A DNA stretch of 64,000 bases from Hemiscyllium ocellatum. Its lineage: Eukaryota. The position numbers and the translations under genes are program-made. Positions 39,331 through 48,779 of the stretch are shown here, one piece after another; positions within the stretch are counted from its first letter, which is position 1, and the number at the start of each line of letters is the position of its first letter. Location of the stretch: assembly GCF_020745735.1 (NCBI RefSeq), contig NC_083409.1, positions 20,594,098 through 20,658,097 on the forward strand. Reading direction: 5' to 3'. A model generated the notes under the pieces. The model saw nothing but the letters and a program-made list of their open reading frames with translations. It was not told the origin of the DNA and made no database searches.

Positions 39331-39879
39331 ACTGATATTCCCACATTTGAGTGTTCTCGTTGTTAGTTTTCTGTGTTCTCCCCTTATTTTGTCAGTGATG
39401 ATGTGTTAACAAGTGGGGACCTGTTCCATACTGAGCTGAATACACTTTAACCATCTCCCCATCTCATTGGGAGTCTGATCTGACAAATGTGGCTGACATC
39501 AATCTCTGTTGCATTCTGTTTTCTGGGAGGTGGGTGTCACTGGCGTAGATCAGCATTTGTTACCCTAGACTAATTGCCCTTGAACTGCTGGCCTTGCTGT
39601 GGCCTCTCAGAAGGCACCTGAGAGTTAACCAGATTGCTGTGGGGCTGGAGTCACATGAAGTCCAGACTGGGTAAGGCTGAGGCTGGACAGCATTCAGGGA
39701 TCATTATCGTGGTCACCATTAATGAGGCTTGCTTTGTGATTTGAATTCAAATTCCAGCATTTGTCACTGGAGGAGATAGTACAGTTTGATAGATTGTGGC
39801 AGGACCTCTGTTTTGTATCTCACCTGAAAGACAACAGCTCCCTCAGTTTTGCAGTGTCAGCCTTGACTGTGTGCTCAAC

Positions 39880-41400
39880 ATAGGAATTAGGAGCGGGAGG
39901 AGGCAATTCAGCCCTTCGACCCCGCTCCGCCATTTAACAGGACCATGGCTGATCTTATCCTGGTCTCAACTCCACTCTCCTGCCTGCTTCCCATTGTTCT
40001 TTATCTCATGTTTAATCAGAAACACATCGTTCTTGAACCTGTTGATTGATTCTGCCTCCACTGCACTCTGGGGCATTGAGTTTCACAGATTCACAACCCT
40101 CTGGGAGAAGTAGTTTCTCCTCAGCTCAGTTTTGAACCGACCTCCTCTCACTCGATATCGATCCCCTCTTGTTCCAGACTGTCCCACAAGGGGGAGCATC
40201 TATTCAATATCCACCTTCTCAATCCCCTTTCACATTTTCTATCCCTCAATCAGATCCCTCCTCATTCTTTTAAACTCCAGTGAGTCCAAGCCCAAGCTGT
40301 TTAACTGCTCCTCGTGGGACAGCCCTTTCATCCCTGGAATCAGTCTGGGGAACATCCTCGGAACGGCCTCCAGTGCCACCACATCCTTCCTCAAATGGTG
40401 TTAGGTATAAGGGAATGGGTTTGTGTGGTTTGCTCTTGGGAGGGTCAGTGTGGACTTGTTGGATCGAGGGGCCTGTTTCCATACTGTAAGTAATCTAATC
40501 TAATAAGCAGACCACAATTGGACACAAGACTGCAGTTGTGTCTCACCAATGCCTTCCATATGTTCCAGTTTGTAATGTATGATAAATGCGTGTTCAGATG
40601 GGCCAATGGACAAGGAGTGGGAGATGGAGTTTAATTTAGATAAGTGTAAGGCATTGCTTTTTGGGAAGGCAAATCAGGGCAGGTTCCTGGAGAGTGTTGC
40701 TCAGCAACGAAATCTTGGAGTGCAGGCTCCCAGTTCCTTGAAAGCCATGGATAGACAGGGTAGTGACGAAGGTGATTGGTACGCTTGCCTTTATTGGTCT
40801 GTGCATTGAGTATAGGAGTTGGGATGTCATGTTCTGGCTGTCCACCAAAGTGGCCATTGGTGAGGACACCTTGAGAATACAGGGCTCAGTTCGGGTCTTC
40901 CTGCGAAAGGAATAATGTTTTTAAACTTGAAAGGGGACAAAAAAAGATTTGCAAGGATGTTGCTGGGGTTGGAGGGTTTGAGCTACAGGGAGAGGCTGAA
41001 TAGATTGGGGCTACTTTCCCTGGAGTGTTGGAGGTTGAGGGGTGAACTTATGGAGGTTTATAAAATCATGAGGGGCATCGATAAGGTGAACATCCAAGGT
41101 CTTTTTCCCAGGGTATGTCAGTCCAAAACTAGAGGATATAGGTTTAAGGTAATAGAGGAAGAATTTGTAAGGGAACTAAGGGGCAACTTTTCATGCAGAG
41201 GATGGTGCATGCACGGAATGAGCTGCCAGGGGAAGTGGTGGAAGCTGGTACAATTACATCATTTATATGGGTCCATGAATAGGAAGGGTTTAGAGGGATA
41301 TGGACCAAATCATGGCAAATGGAACTAGATTAGGATGTCTGGTTGGCACGGATGAGTTGAACCGAAGGGTCTGTTTCGTGCTGAATGACTCTCTGAGTAA
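39880..41400. mobile_element. Two adjacent CR1 3' fragments (- then +)
   Basis: RT C-terminal motifs on both strands. Confidence 0.8.
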
Positions 41401-41716
41401 GACATTATTTTAAATAGTCAAAGCTTCTGAGACAGAGGTGACAGTGCTCCCACTGACCAGGTTCCAGTTTGTACAGGGCTCCGCTCTCAGCTGGATGGTT
41501 GGGAGTTGGAGCTGATTTTAAGCTGTATTTTGGAGAGGAGTAAGCAACCTTTTTGATCAAAGCCTCCTGAAATGTGAAGGTGACATTTATGAGCAATTCA
41601 GAGCAATGATCTACTCGGTTATTTTGACTCCTGGGGCCTGCTGAGTACTAAAACTCAGCATTTAGGGATTGCTGAGAAATATCTTCATTGACTTGGACGT
41701 TAATTGTACTTTTCAG

Positions 41717-41837
41717 GTTCCACAGTTTAATGAAGAGTCCAGAAGATTATAGCTTTGGGTTATTTCCCGATCTCATTGTTGCTGTCTACAAGGCTGTGAA
41801 GGACACAGAGTGGAAGAAGTACTTTCCAAAAGAATAG
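41717..41837 (+). pseudogene. RNASEL: RNase L-like pseudogene: terminal exon (FHSLMKSPEDYSFGLFPDLIVAVYKAVKDTEWKKYFPKE*)
   Basis: tttcag acceptor in the phase required by the 36146 donor; aligns with remembered [31 protein letters not shown]; frame open to TAG. Confidence 0.85.
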
Positions 41838-41934
41838 AGGCTGCTCCTGTCTTCAAAGGGTTGCCATCTCTTGAGTGGATATGAGACAGAACCACATGCT
41901 TCAGGGCTAGAATGGAAAGAAGGAACTTACATTT

Positions 41935-42266
41935 GTATCACAGAATCCCTATAGTGTGGAAGTAGGTCATTCAGCCTATCGAGTCCACACCACCCCTCCA
42001 AAGAACATTCCATCCAGACCCCGATGCTATCCCTGTATTTTCCAATGGCTAATCCACCTAGCCTGCTCATTCCTGGACACTATAGGCAATTTAGCATGGC
42101 CAGTTTACCAGCCTGCAGATCTTTAGGACCGTGGGAGGAAACCAGAGCACCCGGGGGAAGCCCACACAGACACAGGGAGAACGTGCAAACTCCACACAGA
42201 CCTGTCTGAGGCGGGTCCCTGACGCTGTGAGGCAGCAGTGCCAACCACTGAGCCATCGTGCCACCC
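41935..42266 (-). mobile_element. HE1-type SINE
   Basis: Reverse complement of consensus. Confidence 0.82.
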
Positions 42267-42554
42267 CAAATGTATTGCACATTTTGTCACCAGAGGATGT
42301 TCCAAAGCATTTTACTGATAGAGATGTGGGTTTGGAACATGAATAAGGTTACATTTGTGCCACACAGCTGCCAGGCAATGACTGTCTCCAACAAGAGAGA
42401 ATGTAACTATCTTGCCTTGATGTTCAGTAGCTGTGTGCTGTGTGAACACATTACCTTTAAGAAAATCCACCCCTGTGTATGTACGGTGTTGAACTCTACC
42501 CACCAGTTAGTCATCTGTGAGCCTGCAAGCTGCACAGACCAAGATCAATTCGCT

Positions 42555-42862
42555 GAATCCCTACAGTGTGGAAATAGGCCTCCACACTGACCCTCCAAAG
42601 AGCATCCCACTCCCCCACCCCATTACTCTACATATTCCCTGACTACTGCACCTAATCCACACACCCCTGAACACCATGGACAATTTAGTTTGGCCAATTC
42701 ACCGAACCTGCACATCTTTTGACTGTGGGAAGAAACCGGAGCATCCAGGGGAAACCCACAGAGACACGGGGAGAATGTGCAAACTCCAAACAGACAGTTG
42801 CCCGAGGCTGGAACGAACCTGGGTCCCTGGTGCTGTGGGACAGCAGTGCTGACCACTGAGCC
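42555..42862 (-). mobile_element. HE1-type SINE
   Basis: Reverse complement of consensus. Confidence 0.82.
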
Positions 42863-43099
42863 TCAGTGCAGTCCATTCTTGCTTGCTGTAATGTCTGCTT
42901 CATGATTTGTAATGTGTTTTATTGCTTTAACTAAATTAACTTACAAAGTTAATGGATTGATTATGGGACCATTATCTTAACCATATCATGGTGAAAGGCT
43001 GGAGAAAACACTGTACAGATGAGGCCTATTGCACAAGCAGCTTAATCTGCAGGTAGAAAATACAAATGACAGTCTTCGATTGTGTGAAAGTGTATGAGG

Positions 43100-43600
43100 C
43101 AACATATGGGCAAGGAACAAAAGTAGGCCACTCGGTCCTTATGGCTGATCTGATTTTAACCTCAACTCTACATTCTCTGATAACATTTCATCCCTTCAGT
43201 CATCAAGAATCTATCTATGGTCATGGCTGAACATTGAGCACTACACTGTAATCCCTCCCTACCCCATATCCCTTGAATCTTTAGCCACAAGAGCTATCTC
43301 TACCCTCTTCTTGAAAACATAATGTTTTGGCCTCAACAACTTTCTGTGACAGCGAATTCCATAGGCTCACCACTTTTTTCCTCATCTCTGTCCTATAGAG
43401 TTTACCCCTTAACCTTAAACTATGAGCCCTGGTTCTGGACTTCCCCACCATTTGGAACATCCTTCCTCCATCTAACATGTCTCGTCCTGTTCCAATTTTA
43501 TAGCTTTCTACAAGATTCCCTTCCTTCATTCTTCTAAACTCCAATGAACACAATCCTCACCAACTCAACCTCTCTTTATACATCAGTCCTGCCATCACAG
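43100..43600 (-). mobile_element. CR1-type LINE 3' fragment
   Basis: SLEFRRMKEGNL...YRTEMRKKVVSLWNSL. Confidence 0.8.
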
Positions 43601-44544
43601 AAATCAAATGGCATTCAGTAATTAACATTAATCACCTCATTATGGAAGACAGACTTTGAAGGTCAGGGTGAGAGGACAATCATTGCCAGTTCTAAAATTC
43701 AGGCTTCTGTTGCCGTAAGCTCAATGGAATCATTGTATACAATCTGACAACAGCAGAAAGATGGGAGGTGTGGATGGAGGGTGCAGACAGCGGTGTAGAC
43801 AGTGGGTTTGGACACAGGGTGTAAACGGAGGGTGCAGACGGTGTGTATAGACAGTGGCATCGACAGAAGATGCAGATGCTGGGTGCAGACTGTGCTGCAG
43901 CCAGTAGTATAAACATGAGCAAAACTTTGCGTGGTGACCAGACGAGTGGCTGTGTGGAATCACACAGAGAGCAGTCAGTGAGCCTGACACAGTCAGGGAC
44001 ACCTGCTGGTGCTGAAGGCCATGCTGCTGCTGGCAAAGGTCGCATTTCATCTGAAACTGTACTCGCTCCCTACACACTCCCCTCTTGTCCCCATATGCCT
44101 CACTACAACCCCTGGAGATGCCAACCAGCACTCTGTGCCCTCACTCAGTCTCCATTGGCCTTGTCTCCATTAGCCTTGACGCTCCTCCCAAGCTCCTACT
44201 TGGGCCACCACTGAAGCTTGAACCATTTCCTCTGACCCTTGATCATGCATTTGCCACCTTCGACAGGCTATACTAATCACCATTAACCTGCACAGCCCTC
44301 TCAGCATGGATACAGCATAGAAAAGGCCCTTCGGCCCATTGAGTCTGCATGAACATAATTACAACTGAAGGCACTTTCATCCCAATTTCCTGCCGTTGTC
44401 CCAAATCCATGAATGTTATGATATTCAAGGGTTGTAAGGTATCTACCCTCCACTACCTTCCCTGACAGAGGGTTGTGAGTTTATAGTTTGTATCACATCA
44501 GACTCATGGAGCTGAATGAAAGCTCAACTCTTTGGGCTTTTTTA

Positions 44545-44884
44545 TGGGTGGCATGGTGGCTCAGTGGTTAGTACTGCTGTCTCACAGCACTAGGGACCCG
44601 GGTCGATTCCAGCCCCACGTATCTGTGTGGAGTTTGCACATTCTCCCCGTGTCTGTGTGTTTTTCCTCTGTATGCCCCAGTTTCCTCCCACAATCCAAAG
44701 ATGTGCAGCTTAGGTGAATTGGCCATGCTAAAATTGCCCATAGTGTTCAGGGATGTGTTAGTTAGGTGTGTTAGTCAGGGGAAATAGCCAAGGGGAGTGG
44801 ATCTAGGGTGAATTTCTCTTCAGAGGATTGGTCGGGACTTGTTGCACCAAATGGCCTGTTTCCACACTGTAGGGATTCTATGAC
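44545..44884 (+). mobile_element. HE1-type SINE
   Basis: Consensus match. Confidence 0.82.
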
Positions 44885-45292
44885 AGTCCATTCCAGATTC
44901 CCACCACAGTCTGAGTGAAAGAGGTTCTTTCCCAAATCTCATTTGCGATGTTCGTAAAGGAATCTTTCAAACCATTCATATTGTTCAGTGTCCTTTAGCT
45001 CTTGCACGCCTTGTTCGATAAAGTGTTTTTTTTTTTATGATAAAATATGAGTTCCCTGATGGGGTTTAACCTTGTCCAATCAGGGAGCCCCGGCTGACAG
45101 ATAAAAAGGGGAGTGTCAGAAGGACTGATACTCTGGTACCTGACTCTGAATAACAACCTGCCAACCATCCCCCTCCTTCTGTCACCCTCAATCTCCTCAT
45201 GCTTACTCTTGATACCCCTTCAATCCAGCTTGTGCTGCCTTTGGGAGAAGTTGACCTTCCCTCCATCACCCAGCAACGTGGTCATCATCCCT

Positions 45293-45598
45293 GCTAGCAC
45301 TGCTGCCTCACAGCGCCAGGTTCCCAGGTTCGATTCCAGCCTCGGGTGAATGTCTGTGTGGAGTTTGCACATTCTCCCTGTGTCTGCCTGGGTTTCCTCC
45401 GGGTGCCCTGGTTTCCTCCCACAGTCCAAAAATGCGCAAATCAGGTGAATTGGCCATGCTAAATTGCCCATAGTGTTAGGTGCATTAGTCAGAGGGAAAT
45501 GGGTCGGGTGGGTTTCTGTTTGGAGGGTCGGTGTGGATTGGTTGGGTCGAAAGGCCTGTTTCCACACTGTAGGTAATCTAATCTAATCTAATCTAATC
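45293..45598 (+). mobile_element. HE1-type SINE with (AATCT)n tail
   Basis: Consensus match, head slightly truncated. Confidence 0.85.
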
Positions 45599-46059
45599 CC
45601 AGAAGAGCATAGTCCCACTCACTCATTACAGACAGAGCCAAATGGTGGTGAGTTTAATCCAAGGGTCACCACAGCTGAGGCAGGGGGAGAGAAGGTGGCA
45701 CCTTCATGTTAGTCGTACCCTTCATTAATCCACTGCAACCCCCCTTGGGGCTGCAAGAATTCAACCACCCTCGTTCAGACAGCTCCCCTCTCTGTAAGGT
45801 AATATTACTGCACATAGTGTAGAGCTAATTGACCATTGAAATATGACTATGGGTAGTCAGCACTGGCTGGGCAGGCAGCCACTACTGCAATGACCCTGGA
45901 TCCAGAAAATCCCCTTGTAATCAGGCAACACATTAGGGAGCACAGTGCCCACTGCCTTTGAAATCCCTCCCTTACTGAGAACACACTCTCAATATTCACC
46001 TTTCTCAGTTGCCATCTCAATTTCACTGTAAATTCTGTCAACTATGATCCTGCCCCACT

Positions 46060-46146
46060 AGCTGCCTGATGAAGGAGCTCTGAAAGCGTGTACTTCCAAA
46101 GAAACCTGTTGGACTATAACCTGGTGTTGTGTGATTTTTAACTTTG
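46060..46146 (+). mobile_element. Penelope-like terminal fragment (family 2), degenerate core
   Basis: CTGATGAAGGAGCTCTGAAAGC...aaacctgttggactataacctggtgttgtgtga. Confidence 0.55.
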
Positions 46147-46279
46147 GCCATCTCACTGAGGCGCCATTTCAGACTGAACTGTTTTTCATTCATGATTTGA
46201 GACGATTAAAGCCAAATCTTCAATTCCCATCACAAAGCCCATTCTCTATCCATCACTCAGAGACAAATACCTCAGAGAC

Positions 46280-46790
46280 ACCGACAGAGAGCACAGAGTA
46301 ACACATTCACACTCAATGAGATACTGACAGGCAGTACAGAATAACACACACACTCAGAGAGATATCTACAGGCAACACTGAGTAACACACACTCAGAGTG
46401 CCAGGCAGCACTCAGTAACACACACACTCAGAATGCCAGGCAGCACTGAGTAACACACACACTGAGAGTGCCAGGCAGCACTGAGTAACAAGGCAAAAGT
46501 GAGGACTGCAGATGCTGGAGCTTAGAGTCGAGAGCGTGGTACTGGAAAAGCACAGCAGGTCAGACAGCATCTGAGCAGCAGCAAAATCAACGCTTTAGAC
46601 ATCGTGATGAAGGAATTCTCCTGATGAAGGCATTGATTCTCCTGCTCCTCGGATGTTGCCTGACCTGCTATGCTTTTCCACCACCACACTCTGAGTACTG
46701 AGTAACATGCTCACAGTCCATGCTGCCTGGAGGTGTCTCTCTGAGTGTGAACATGTTACTCAGTGCTGCATGTTGATGTCTCTGAATAAC
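46280..46790. repeat. 32-35-bp minisatellite (cactgagtaacacacactcagagtgccaggcag) with one inverted unit
   Basis: Unit starts at 46377, 46409, 46444, 46479; inverted copy ~46730-46780. Confidence 0.75.
46491..46696. mobile_element. Related hairpin element in a minisatellite, 11-bp TSD
   Basis: Inverted arms, CCTGATGAAGG remnant; ACTGAGTAACA at 46480-46490 and 46697-46707. Confidence 0.7.
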
Positions 46791-47775
46791 ACACCCACAC
46801 TCACACTGACACCTTAGGTAGCATTATGTAATACACGCACACTCACACTCATACTCAGAGAGACACACAGCCTCCATTCTCAGTGACTGGCCTTAGAACA
46901 TTACAGGTAATATCCAGCATGCAGCAAAGAACGCACAGTACTATCCCAGCAACTCTACCTGGATCAAAAGAGTTAAGGCGGAATGCCTCAGATTGTAATT
47001 ACTGAGTCCCAACAGCTTTCAGTTTCTGTTCTGTTTGGAAACTTGTTAACTCCACAGTTTCCAGATCAAGGGGATCATTTGAAAATGATTGATGATTGGC
47101 TGTCAGTCCATACTACAACGAAAGTCTTACTGATTGACAGACCAAACAGCTAATTGTGACAATGCTATGCTGAAATGCATCCAATCAGCTGAAGGGAGTG
47201 GTCCATTTCCAAAGCACACAGAAACAGAGACTGAATCTTCTTCAACTTTAATCCGTTTCGATTGACTTTGGGAGAATAAACACTAAAATTAACAGCCCAG
47301 ACAGAGGAAGCTGCTCAAATTCACAGCCACAATGGTGCTTGAGGAAAACACTTGTGGAGGTTTTCTCAGTAACATGAGAATCCTGTCCCTTTAAACAGTG
47401 ACAAAACCTTAAATTGGAACTGGTGGCTGAGCAGGAAGGAGATCTGGTTTACTGAAGCAGAGACTTCTGAGGTTCACATTGTTTTGTACAGCTGACAGTT
47501 TTCAGCATCTTCAAGAGATTTTACTTAGCATCACAAGTCAACCCTGACCCATCAAACACTCCCAGGACAAGGACAGCATGAGGTTTTACATAGGGTAAAA
47601 CTCTCTCTACGCTGTCCCAATGAACTACCTTAACTCCAAAACCTCAGAAGTGTCCCCTCGTTCAGTCCTGAGAAGAAGGAGCGTTGACATTTAGTGCTGA
47701 CAATGACCTTTGTCCTGCCAGCTCAGCCCTGTTCTATTTAAAGTTGTGTCTCCTCCGTAGACTGTCTTGAACACT

Positions 47776-48104
47776 CTACACACATTCTGATCTCCTTATG
47801 CTCTTGCTGAGGGGAGAGGGGAGGGTCACGTGGGTGAGGGCACAGGAGAAGCGAGCGTTGGACTCCCAGTCAGACCCAGAGAGGGTCAGCAGGCTGCTGA
47901 CACTGTAGGTGCTGTCCGAAGCTCGCAGGTAGTTGCTGGTCTGAACCCCGTCCGAAATGACTGCACCGTCCTTCTTCCACTGCACCTCCAGCTCATCGGG
48001 ATAGAAGTGATTGGCAAGGCACACCAGGGTGGCAGTGCCCTTGGCATTGACCTGCTCCAGGGAGGGGGGCAGCAGGGTCAGCTTGGGCTGAGAGTTCTCA
48101 CGGC
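47776..48104 (-). pseudogene. Ig light-chain constant exon, shark type I/NS5 (sigma-cart) class; ORF intact, splice acceptor mutated
   Basis: RENSQPKLTLLPPSLEQVNAKGTATLVCLANHFYPDELEVQWKKDG...YSVSSLLTL...FSCALTH...SECV*; pyrimidine tract ends tttctG|GC (TG instead of AG). Confidence 0.93.
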
Positions 48105-48779
48105 CAGAAAGACAAAAGAAACAATTTTAATCCCTGCCATTTGAAGAAACTTCAACTCTCAGAACATTCACTGGTAAAATGTTTGAACATTTGTATCCAA
48201 TACCTACCAAACCCGACAAAAAAAAACAAGTATTGTTTAAATTGTTTCTTGGGAGTGAGTGTCACGAGCAGGGCCAGCATTTATTTCTCATCCGTAATTG
48301 CCCTGAAAAGGTGATGGGGAAAGACAAGGAACAGTTTTGGACTCTTGTTTAGGAAATGAATGTGGGCAGCTGGAAGGGCTCTCAATGGGGGACCAGTTTA
48401 GTGACAGTGATCAGAACTCAGTGAGATTGAGAGTAGGGATGGAAATGGAGAACCATGCAGCAAGTGTTAACGTTTTCACTTGGGAATGAATTATTTTACT
48501 AAACTGTGCGATAATTTAGTAAAAGTGGACTGGAACCAACGCCATCATGTGAAATCAGTGTCAGGGCAGTGGGATCCCTCAAAAGAAAAGACAGAGATTG
48601 TTCAGAATCTGTTCCCACAATGAGTAAGGGTGGGACTCCCTAATCTAGACTCTCAGCCTGGGATGTCAAAAGGCAGCCAGAGTAGGGAAGACCAAACAGG
48701 GAAGGTGATGTTGGTTATCTGGAGTTATCTGCAGAAAGCCCAGAGGAGGATTGGAAATGCAGGGGTGGCATTGAACAGG

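Noticed and set aside
39396-39455. Strong phase-2 acceptor followed by ...TSGDLF..., first considered the RNase L last exon
   Set aside because: The exon at 41717 matches far better (FPDL, VY, TE, FP).
43690-44280. Overlapping 117-133-aa ORFs and short ggtgcagac repeats
   Set aside because: No recognisable domain; possibly decayed DNA-transposon sequence, but unsupported.
47730-47745. AAATAG on the - strand as a mutated IgL poly(A) signal
   Set aside because: Cannot be told from the normal state without a functional paralogue.
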